Shown piece after piece: positions 31,547 through 39,286 of a stretch of DNA of 64,000 bases; position 1 is the stretch's first letter, and every line of letters begins with the position of its first letter. Location: contig CAZSCV010000002.1 of assembly GCA_964605525.1 (NCBI GenBank), positions 5,888 to 69,887 on the forward strand, given 5' to 3'. Source of the stretch: an uncultured Bdellovibrionales bacterium. Lineage in GTDB: Bacteria; Patescibacteriota; Minisyncoccia; Moranbacterales; UBA9337. Position numbers and translations under genes: made by a program. Below the pieces are notes generated by a model, which saw only the letters and a list, made by a program, of their open reading frames with translations, ran no database searches and was not told the DNA's origin.

Positions 31547-33175
31547 ATGATAAAAAATAAAACAACAGATGAACAATTTAAAAAATGGCTTGAAGAGTCC
31601 GAAGGGATGAACTTGGAATTCAAAAAAGCGGAAAACAGTTTCAGTAAAACAAAAAATCTACCTGATTACTGTGCGGCAATTGCGAATGAAGGAGGAGGAA
31701 AATTAATATTGGGCGTTGATAATAACAAGAATATGTTCGGAACTAGCGCGTTTTTGGGAACATCTGACGGATTGTCGCACTATTTGTTGCAGAATCTTGG
31801 AATTAGGGTTGATGTTGAAGAAAAAATTTACCAGGAAAAAAGAGCGATTATTTTTCATATACCTGCCCGTCCGGTCGGAAGGATCGTGAGATCGACCGGG
31901 GAATATAATTATCCAATGCGAGCGGGTAGTTCTTTGGTTGAGATGAATCAAGATAAGATCAAAGAAATATTAAATGAAACAGAGCCCGATTTTTCTTGCC
32001 AGAATGTGAAAAATTTTTCATTGGCAGATATCGACGAAGAAGCGATAGATAATTTCAAGAAAATTTGGGCAAAAAAACAAAACAAGAAAGACTATCTGAC
32101 CTTTTCAATGGAGAAAACTTTAAAATCAATTGGCGCGATGGATGACGAGGGATTAAACAATGCCGCTTTGATACTTTTTGGTAAAAAGCGAAAAATTGAT
32201 CAACTGCTTCCTTGTGCTGAAATTATATTTGAGTGGAGACAGGTATCAAAAATTCGTCATGATTTTAGGAAGGATTGGAGAGAACCGTTTTTTAAGATTT
32301 ATGATGAAATTTGGGAAGTTATTAATGCAAGAAATTTAAGATTTCCATATCACGAAGGATTTATTCAGAAGGAAGTTGTTGCATTTAATGAAGAATCTAT
32401 CAGGGAAGCCATAGCGAATGCGATTGCGCATCGGGATTATAATGTTCAATCCTCTTCTATATTTATTAAGGCAACGTCGGAAAAATTTTCCATAAAGAGT
32501 CCTGGCGGGTTCGTTAACGGAGTAAATGCGGATAATATTCTCGAGAAATCGGAGTGGAGAAACCGGAGAATTGCGGAGATATTTCAGTTGGCTGGATTAG
32601 TTGAACGTTCAGGTCAGGGAATGGATATCATATTTGGTAATACTATACAGGAAGGAAAGGGTCTGCCTGATTTTTTGGGAACTGATAATTATTCTGTTAC
32701 TTTGAATATCCCAGCTACAGTAAAAGACAAGGAGTTTATAATGTTTTTGGAAAGAATAATAAATCAAAGACAAATCGCCTTATCTTTTGAAGAAATTTTG
32801 GAGTTAGAAAAAATAAGAGAAGAGAAAAAAGTTAAGGATATTGATTTTAAGGATAAATTTATAAAGCTTGGAATTGTGGAAAAAGTGGGAAAAACAAGCG
32901 GTTCTCAATATGTTTTATCTCATCGATATTATTCATTTAAAAATAAACTAGGTTTATATACTAGAATTGTTGGAATATCACGCGATGAAAAAAAACAATT
33001 AATTTTAACGCATCTCAAAAAGAACGAGAGGGGATTTGCACGAGATCTAAAAGATGCTTTTCCTGACTTGAAACCGAAAGACGTGTCAAATTTATTGCAA
33101 GAATTAAAAAAAGAGGGAAAAATTAAGCATAAAGGATCAGATAGAGGCGGTTATTGGATTTTATTAAACAAATAA
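31547..33175 (+). CDS. Schlafen/AlbA_2 + HATPase_c_4 + winged-HTH protein (often labelled RecG-like)
   Basis: LEFKK..AIANEGGGKLILGV; REAIANAIAHRDY, SPGG, RNRRIA, ERSGQG; C-terminal HTH ending GGYW. Confidence 0.88.
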   Translation: MIKNKTTDEQFKKWLEESEGMNLEFKKAENSFSKTKNLPDYCAAIANEGGGKLILGVDNNKNMFGTSAFLGTSDGLSHYLLQNLGIRVDVEEKIYQEKRAIIFHIPARPVGRIVRSTGEYNYPMRAGSSLVEMNQDKIKEILNETEPDFSCQNVKNFSLADIDEEAIDNFKKIWAKKQNKKDYLTFSMEKTLKSIGAMDDEGLNNAALILFGKKRKIDQLLPCAEIIFEWRQVSKIRHDFRKDWREPFFKIYDEIWEVINARNLRFPYHEGFIQKEVVAFNEESIREAIANAIAHRDYNVQSSSIFIKATSEKFSIKSPGGFVNGVNADNILEKSEWRNRRIAEIFQLAGLVERSGQGMDIIFGNTIQEGKGLPDFLGTDNYSVTLNIPATVKDKEFIMFLERIINQRQIALSFEEILELEKIREEKKVKDIDFKDKFIKLGIVEKVGKTSGSQYVLSHRYYSFKNKLGLYTRIVGISRDEKKQLILTHLKKNERGFARDLKDAFPDLKPKDVSNLLQELKKEGKIKHKGSDRGGYWILLNK

Positions 33176-33208
33176 ATTAGATGTAATTAGATGTAATTAG
33201 ATGTAATT
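33175..33208. repeat. 10-bp tandem repeat AATTAGATGT x3
   Basis: read directly after the stop codon. Confidence 0.85.
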
Positions 33209-33360
33209 TTTTTAATAAGGCTTATTTAACGCCGATATAAAACGATTGAAGTAGCAGAAAAATAGACAATTAAAAAATATAGCATTTTTTGATTCGGTTT
33301 AATAGCTCTGGTATTGATAAATTTAGATAGTAGAAGAAAGTTTATTGTTTCCGTAGGTAT

Positions 33361-33429
33361 AAAAAAAGAAAACCCCCTGCTTTAACGAAACGCCTTACGG
33401 TATTTCAACGCAGGAGGAATTACTTCTAT
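33361..33429 (-). ncRNA. candidate ~70-nt small RNA
   Basis: minus-strand TTGCAA-N17-TAGTAT promoter (33436-33464), GNRA-capped hairpin, U-tract. Confidence 0.6.
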
Positions 33430-33500
33430 GTGTTAATACTACAATAAATGCAATTTTATTGCAATATCTGATATTTTTGCTAAAATAAGCCAAAATTATT

Positions 33501-34529
33501 ATGAAAAATGAAAATATTACTTTGGATGAGGGGGGTGGGGGGTATAAATCCGGGGAGTTGATTTCCGGGATTCGGAAGATTTTAGGCGTGGCGGGGAAAA
33601 ATGGAAAGTGGAAAAATTGCGAGGATGATGGGGCGGTGTTTCCGTTTGGCAGGGAAAAATTGGTATTCACGACGGATGCGTATATCGTCGATCCGATATT
33701 TTTTCCAGGCGGAGATATCGGGAAAATCGCGATGAGCGGGACGATCAATGACCTTTCGGTGATGGGCGCGCGTCCGATCGGGATTTCGCTTAGCATCGTG
33801 ATGGAAGAAGGTTTTCCCAAAAGCGATCTGGAAAAAATAATCCGATCGATTGCGGCGGTTTCCAAAGAATCGGGCGTGCCGGTAGTAACGGGCGATACGA
33901 AAGTGACGGAAAAGGGGAAAATAGACAAGATTGAAATCACCACGGCCGGAGTTGGCTTGGCGGAAAATGTTATTTCAAATAACGGGGTAAAACCCGGGGA
34001 TTTCATCATAACCAGCGGGGATTTGGGCGAGCATGCGGTGGCGCTTTTGGCGACAAGGTTTAATTATAGGACGAGAATAAAAAGCGACAGTAAACCGCTT
34101 AATAAGGAAATTGAAAAAGTCGGAAAGTGGCTCAATGCTTGCAAGGATCCGACGCGCGGAGGGTTGGCGGCGATATTGAATGAAGTGGCGGAAAAATCCC
34201 GCGTGAAAATTATTCTTGACGAGGAAACTTTGCCGTACAAAAAAGAGGTGGTGGCGGTGACGGAGCTTTTGGGCTTGGATATTTTTTCGCTGGCAAGTGA
34301 AGGAAGATTTGTAGCTAGTGTTTTGCCGGAAAATGTGGAGAAAGTTTTAAAAGTTTTAAGGATTTTTAACAAAGAAGCGAAAATTATCGGAAGGGCGGAA
34401 AATGGGAAGAAAAAAGGGAAAAATGGGGAAGAAAAAAGGGGAAAACCTGGCGTTTATTTGAAAACTAATCTCGGAAGTCTGCGTCCGATCGAAATGCCAA
34501 AAGGGAAGTTAGTGCCGAGGATTTGCTAG
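33501..34529 (+). CDS. hypE: hydrogenase maturation carbamoyl dehydratase HypE
   Basis: TTDAY.V.PIFFPGGDIG, GT.NDL, VTGDTKV, DPTRGG, C-terminal PRIC. Confidence 0.97.
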   Translation: MKNENITLDEGGGGYKSGELISGIRKILGVAGKNGKWKNCEDDGAVFPFGREKLVFTTDAYIVDPIFFPGGDIGKIAMSGTINDLSVMGARPIGISLSIVMEEGFPKSDLEKIIRSIAAVSKESGVPVVTGDTKVTEKGKIDKIEITTAGVGLAENVISNNGVKPGDFIITSGDLGEHAVALLATRFNYRTRIKSDSKPLNKEIEKVGKWLNACKDPTRGGLAAILNEVAEKSRVKIILDEETLPYKKEVVAVTELLGLDIFSLASEGRFVASVLPENVEKVLKVLRIFNKEAKIIGRAENGKKKGKNGEEKRGKPGVYLKTNLGSLRPIEMPKGKLVPRIC

Positions 34530-34602
34530 GTATTATTTTTAGTGCTAGTATTTTTTTAGTTGTTTCTGTGGGCTAAAAAATACAAAATAGAGGAGGTATC
34601 AA

Positions 34603-34875
34603 ATGTATTTTAATTGGGTTGATTTCGTAGCTCTTTGGTTGGGTAGGGGCATTATTTATGCGTCTTTGGCAGTTTTTATATATTTATCTCTGTATTGGGC
34701 GTATATTGATTTTTTTCGAAAAAGACCATATTGTCCGAAATGTGGTTCGCGAAAATTGGCGACGGTCTGTGGAAATTCTTCAGGAGGTTATAGGTGTGCG
34801 GATTGTAGCACGCATTATTGGTGGGTGGGTGGATTGTGGCGGAGAGGAAAAAGCACACTTCAAAAACCCAAGTAA
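34603..34875 (+). CDS. small membrane protein with zinc ribbon
   Basis: SD GAGGAGG; TM helix; CPKC...CADC. Confidence 0.65.
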   Translation: MYFNWVDFVALWLGRGIIYASLAVFIYLSLYWAYIDFFRKRPYCPKCGSRKLATVCGNSSGGYRCADCSTHYWWVGGLWRRGKSTLQKPK

Positions 34876-36224
34876 TAAACAATTTGCCCAAAACTTAATC
34901 CTGCGTCGCCTCGGGGGATGGCCGGTGTTTCCGAAATGGAGATGCCGGCTTTTTTATTTTGTTTGGAGAAATATTGCGAGATTATTTTGTTATTGGAAAT
35001 TCCGCCAGAGAGGATGATGGGTGGCAGTTTGGAGGATTTCTGGATTCCCGCCTCCGCGGGAATGACAAGAGAGTGTTTTTTTATGATTTCATGGAGTCCT
35101 TGCGCAATGTAAAGCTGGGCGGTGGCGGCGAGGCGTTTTTTGTCTTTGTTTATGTTTTTAATCAGGTATTCGAATAAAAAAGTTGTATTTAAAATTGAAT
35201 TGTTTTTTATAATATTGATTTTCGGTTTTAGATCCGTGTATGGCGCGGAAGAATTAATTTCCAATAGATATGTTGCCTGATGTTTTGATTTTCTTTCATT
35301 TTTGCAAAAACCCAAAAGCAATGACACGGCATCCAAAATCCTGCCAGTGCTGGAAGTTTCTATACAGTTGAAATTTTGCTCAAGTTGGTTATATAAAAGT
35401 TCAAACTGATTTCGCGAGTAATATTTTTTAACGAAGTGAAATATGAAATCTTTTTTGTTTTTAAATTTATAAATTTTGTCATTGTTTGAAAATTTAAAAT
35501 TGAAAATTGAAAATTTATCCAAAATTGATATCAGTATTCTCGCCGGTTCCCGAATCGCCAACTCCCCGCCAATCATTATTTGATTTTCAAGATGCCCGAT
35601 CCTTTCAATTCGCATTTTTTGTTTGAAAATTTTGTCATTTGAATTTGAAAATTGTTTGGAAATTGCCAGCCCTAGGCTGGTCCGCCTTGGGCGGAAAAAT
35701 TGGAAATTGGAAATTGCGAAGCATTCTCCTCCCCAAATTTTCCCATCAGTGCCATATCCCGTGCCATCGAGAGCGATGCCATAAAATAAATTTGGAATTT
35801 GAACATTGGAATTTGAAAATTGTTTGGAAATTGCCAGCCCTAGGCTGGTCCGCCTTGGGCGGAAAAATTGGAAATTGGAAATTATCATATTTTTTCCCAG
35901 CTGGGAAAAAATATGAGCTATGTGGTGCTGGACTTGGATGTGTTTCGCTTTGTATTTTTTGGAAAGCTCGATTCCCAGTCGCGTGGTTTTGAAATCCGGA
36001 TGCAGGTCGGTGAGAATGACATCCGGTTTTATTTTCTTATTTTTTAAATATTTATTTAACTCTGTTTCGTATTTAGTGAAATTCACTTCTTTCAGAAGGT
36101 CGCCGAAATTTTGGGAGAAATGAATAATCCCATTTTTGAAAATTGAAAAATTCCCTGCAGATTCTGCGCCGAGGGCGAGGATGGTTTTTTTTGATCGGAT
36201 GTTCGGAACGCTGAATGTTTGCAT
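34860..36224 (-). CDS. hypF: HypF C-terminal (Kae1-like) domain only, with in-frame repeat insertions
   Basis: LALGAE, DLHP, QHHIAH, LDGTGYG.DG.IWGGE, TSSTGRILDA, SGG..N, GDAGLSFGQ; no acylphosphatase, Zn-finger or YrdC domain. Confidence 0.85.
   Translation of the reverse strand: MQTFSVPNIRSKKTILALGAESAGNFSIFKNGIIHFSQNFGDLLKEVNFTKYETELNKYLKNKKIKPDVILTDLHPDFKTTRLGIELSKKYKAKHIQVQHHIAHIFSQLGKNMIISNFQFFRPRRTSLGLAISKQFSNSNVQIPNLFYGIALDGTGYGTDGKIWGGECFAISNFQFFRPRRTSLGLAISKQFSNSNDKIFKQKMRIERIGHLENQIMIGGELAIREPARILISILDKFSIFNFKFSNNDKIYKFKNKKDFIFHFVKKYYSRNQFELLYNQLEQNFNCIETSSTGRILDAVSLLLGFCKNERKSKHQATYLLEINSSAPYTDLKPKINIIKNNSILNTTFLFEYLIKNINKDKKRLAATAQLYIAQGLHEIIKKHSLVIPAEAGIQKSSKLPPIILSGGISNNKIISQYFSKQNKKAGISISETPAIPRGDAGLSFGQIVYYLGF
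34921..34955 (+). terminator. terminator of 34603..34875, antisense inside hypF 3' end
   Basis: GCCGGTGTTTCC-GAAAT-GGAGATGCCGGC-TTTTTT. Confidence 0.6.
35040..35066. repeat. dRS3/REP-like palindrome ATTCCC-N8-GGGAAT inside hypF
   Basis: CTGGATTCCCGCCTCCGCGGGAATGAC; encodes VIPAEAGIQ. Confidence 0.8.
35641..35883. repeat. 75-bp perfect direct repeat x2 (35641-35715, 35809-35883) with twin hairpins
   Basis: identical copies 168 bp apart, each with CCAGCC-CTA-GGCTGG and TCCGCC-TTG-GGCGGA within heptamer repeats. Confidence 0.92.
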
Positions 36225-36291
36225 AAGTTTGCGGAGGTCAAATCTCCATATTTTGGATATTTTAAGTATATCAGTATTTTTTCCAATTTAA

Positions 36292-36411
36292 AAAGCCCTC
36301 AATTCAAGACGGCTCATGAATCCCGTTTAAGATAATATCGGAAAAAAATAAATTTTTTCCCTGGTAATCCAGGTGGGTTTCAACGTTTTTACCGCCTATC
36401 CTGAAGGCTTT
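36292..36411. ncRNA. candidate multi-stem structured RNA upstream of hypF
   Basis: closing stem AAAGCCCTCA/TGAAGGCTTT around four inner hairpins; minus-strand TATACT at 36418-36423. Confidence 0.4.
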
Positions 36412-36514
36412 GTTTTTAGTATACTGCAATTTTTGAAAAATTGCCACAAAAATTTACTTGTTGCTCGTTTTGCGTTAGAATGTAAGAGTAATTTCTGAAA
36501 AACAAAAAATAATA

Positions 36515-37249
36515 ATGAATAAGGCTAATTTGATATTTTTAGATACAGAGACGACAGGAAACGACTCGGAAGCGCGTCTTTGCCAAGTAGCATATAAATT
36601 TGGTGGTAAAGAGGTTGAAGGTTTTTTCAAGCCCCCGATTCCAATTTCCATTGAAGCGATGTCTATTTCACATATTACCAATAAAATGGTTGAAGACAAA
36701 GAATCTTTTTTCGATTCAAAAATGAAAAAAGATTTGGAAAGGATTTTTTCTGAGGGAAATATTCTAGTGGCTCACAATGCGGATTTTGATTCAAATATAC
36801 TTAAAAATGACGGGGTAATTATTGGAAAGAAAATTGATACTGTAAAAATTGCCCAGTATTTGGATGAGAAAGGGGATATTCCGCGATACAGCTTGCAATA
36901 TTTGCGGTATTATTTCGATATTGATCTTGATCCAAAAAATGCTCCGGCGCACAATGCATTGGGGGATATCCGCGTTTTGGAAAAACTTTTTGATTACCTT
37001 TTTGAAAAGATGGAGGAAAATCTCATTAGTGAAGAAGAAGTTTTGGAAAAAATGTTGGAGATTTCCGCTTTGCCGGTTTTGATGAAAAAATTTGGGTTCG
37101 GAAAATATAAAGGGGAAAAAGTGGAGGATGTTTTCCAGAGAGATCCGGGATATTTGAAGTGGCTTTGGGAGCAAAAGAAAAAAGCCCAACAGCAAGGAGA
37201 GGAAAATGATGAAAATTGGATTTATACCTTGGAATATTATTTGAGTTGA
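36515..37249 (+). CDS. DEDDh 3'-5' exonuclease (DnaQ/exonuclease X-like)
   Basis: LDTETTG, AHNADFD, AHNALGD; C-terminal FGKYKG..DPGYLKW. Confidence 0.9.
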   Translation: MNKANLIFLDTETTGNDSEARLCQVAYKFGGKEVEGFFKPPIPISIEAMSISHITNKMVEDKESFFDSKMKKDLERIFSEGNILVAHNADFDSNILKNDGVIIGKKIDTVKIAQYLDEKGDIPRYSLQYLRYYFDIDLDPKNAPAHNALGDIRVLEKLFDYLFEKMEENLISEEEVLEKMLEISALPVLMKKFGFGKYKGEKVEDVFQRDPGYLKWLWEQKKKAQQQGEENDENWIYTLEYYLS

Positions 37250-37300
37250 TTTTTTTTGTCTCTTGTAATATGTCGTGGAATAAATAATAAAGCACTTGAA

Positions 37301-37876
37301 ATGAAAAAAACAAAAGCATTCACACTTATTGAACTTTTAATTGTTATTGCAATAATTGGAATTTTAGCAAGCGTGGTTCTGGTTAGTTTAAATAGCGCAA
37401 GGAAAAAGGCCAGGGAGGCGAAATATATCAGTTATGTTTCCCAGATGACGGGGGCGGTAAGATCTGCTATTCAGGCTGGATATTTTGACGGTATAAATAA
37501 TAATCAATCCGGGTGTTTGGGGGATTATAGCGGGGGTGGCAGTTGCTTTGGATCATTAAATAATAATGTTGTTATAAATAATGCATTGCAACAGATAGTA
37601 TCAAATATTCCTATTGGAGAGCGTCCACCTAATACACCCGACAGTTTCGGAGTTTATATGTCGGTTGTTACGAATGATGCTTTTAATCCCAATATTAATT
37701 ATGCCTGGGTTGGAGCTGTTATTGGGAATGACAGTTCCAGTGAAGATATATGTGAAAAATTCGGATGGGGGACAAAGGGAAATATGGGCAATGTCGATGA
37801 AGATGGTTTTTACGTTGTATATGAGCAATTAGGAATATCTGTTTGTATGGACTGGATTTTTATTAAAAATAAATAA
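37301..37876 (+). CDS. type IV pilin-like protein
   Basis: KAFTLIELLIVIAIIGILAS prepilin N-methylation motif. Confidence 0.9.
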   Translation: MKKTKAFTLIELLIVIAIIGILASVVLVSLNSARKKAREAKYISYVSQMTGAVRSAIQAGYFDGINNNQSGCLGDYSGGGSCFGSLNNNVVINNALQQIVSNIPIGERPPNTPDSFGVYMSVVTNDAFNPNINYAWVGAVIGNDSSSEDICEKFGWGTKGNMGNVDEDGFYVVYEQLGISVCMDWIFIKNK

Positions 37877-37932
37877 TTTTTTTGTTTTTTTTCTGAAATA
37901 TGTTAAAATGAAAATGTTATAAAAATAAAAAT

Positions 37933-38478
37933 ATGAAAAATAAAAAAGCGTTTACGTTGATTGAACTTTTGATCGTAATTGCGATCATTGGAATTTTGGC
38001 AAGTGTTGTGCTGGTGAGTTTGAATAGTGCACGACAGAAAACAAGAGATGGTGCGGTTCTAAAAATGATGCGAGGGGTTTCTGCTTCAGCTACTTTATGT
38101 TTGCAAGAAAGATCAACAACTATCACTCGAATAAATTATCCAACGAACGCGAATAGCAAGATAATCTGCAGAGATCAAGCTACGGGCGTTTATTTGCCCA
38201 CATATTCGGATTGGCCGTATAGTGGAGATCTGGATGGTAACGGAACATATGATCTTATAGATAAATATAGTTGGCGTTATTATTATTGGTGCACTCCGGG
38301 GTATTCCGGGACAACTGATCCTGGTAGTTGCGGCGGATATGCTAATGGAACTTGCGGGGGTAATTATGCCACGGGAGAGTTCTGTTACGCGGTTTATTCC
38401 GGCGGAGCGAATACTGCAGCTAATCATGCAAAGGCTGTATGGTGTACAGAAAAAGGATGTGGAAAATCTGGATTTTAG
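37933..38478 (+). CDS. type IV pilin-like protein (Cys/Tyr-rich head)
   Basis: KAFTLIELLIVIAIIGILAS; 8 Cys. Confidence 0.9.
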   Translation: MKNKKAFTLIELLIVIAIIGILASVVLVSLNSARQKTRDGAVLKMMRGVSASATLCLQERSTTITRINYPTNANSKIICRDQATGVYLPTYSDWPYSGDLDGNGTYDLIDKYSWRYYYWCTPGYSGTTDPGSCGGYANGTCGGNYATGEFCYAVYSGGANTAANHAKAVWCTEKGCGKSGF

Positions 38479-38491
38479 ACTTTATAATAAT

Positions 38492-39244
38492 ATGCAGAAA
38501 CAAAAAATTGCTATTGTCAGTCTGACTTCCTGCGAGGGTTGCCAGTTTGCTCTTTTGGATTTGGGGCAACGGTTTTTGGATTTGATGAACCAGGTGGAAA
38601 TGGTGGATTTCCGCCTTTTGGAGGATGAAGAAGATGCGGGAGGAAAATTGGATATCGGAATTGTGGAGGGAAATCCAACTACCAAAGAGAATGTTGAAAC
38701 GCTCAAAAAGCTTCGAAAACGGAGCAAGCTTTTGGTGGTTTTGGGGAATTGTGCAGCGATGGGAGGAGTGCCGGAAATTAAAAACTATCAAGAGCAAAAA
38801 AATACTATTAAGCATGTATACAAATACATTCAAGGAATCGAAAATCCGGAAATTAAAGAGGTGGATAATTTCGTGAAAGTTGATTTTGTTTTTCCCGGAT
38901 GTCCGATTAATGGAGAGGAATTTGTAAAATATTTTCCAGAGCTTTTGAACGGTGAAATTCCGACAATTCCCGATCAGCCGGTATGCGTGGAATGCAAAAA
39001 AAGAGGAAACAGATGCTTGCTTTTGGATAAGAAACCTTGTTTTGGACCAATGATTCAGGGAGGGTGCGATGCGGTTTGTCCAAGTTCGCGAATGATGTGC
39101 CAGGGTTGTCGCGGACTTCGTCCAACTGGAAACGTGAAAGCAATGCGAGCAACACTCAAAAATTTTATGACTGATGAAGAATTTGAAAATACAACGGAGA
39201 TTTTCGGACTCAGAGATGATATAGAAGATAGAGGAGGGAAATAA
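38492..39244 (+). CDS. [NiFe]-hydrogenase small (delta) subunit, group 3b-like
   Basis: SCEGC, VEG, GNCA..GG, PGCP, CVEC..C, CFGP..GC.A.CP..CQGC; no Tat signal. Confidence 0.9.
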   Translation: MQKQKIAIVSLTSCEGCQFALLDLGQRFLDLMNQVEMVDFRLLEDEEDAGGKLDIGIVEGNPTTKENVETLKKLRKRSKLLVVLGNCAAMGGVPEIKNYQEQKNTIKHVYKYIQGIENPEIKEVDNFVKVDFVFPGCPINGEEFVKYFPELLNGEIPTIPDQPVCVECKKRGNRCLLLDKKPCFGPMIQGGCDAVCPSSRMMCQGCRGLRPTGNVKAMRATLKNFMTDEEFENTTEIFGLRDDIEDRGGK

Positions 39245-39286
39245 GACAAATCAGGCACATAAGACTTATTGGACATATAAAAAATT

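Noticed and set aside
34398-34445. Lys/Gly-rich duplication in hypE (NGKKKGKNGEEKRG)
   Set aside because: Consistent with simple slippage in a purine-rich loop; no link to the other repeat families.
35641-35883. Direct repeats as a CRISPR array
   Set aside because: Only two 75-bp copies, inside a coding frame, separated by conserved HypF codons; no cas genes.
36306-36330. tRNA-Met-like anticodon arm (ACGG-CTCATGA..CCGT)
   Set aside because: No D arm, T arm (TTCG) or acceptor stem with tRNA geometry.
37933-38478. Conductive e-pilin feeding the hydrogenase
   Set aside because: Aromatic residues are abundant only in the head; about 60 residues after Phe1 have none, unlike proposed e-pilins.
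38339-38491. N-terminal extension of the hydrogenase small subunit in the ORF track
   Set aside because: Overlaps the pilin in another frame; homology begins at MQKQKIAIV (38492).
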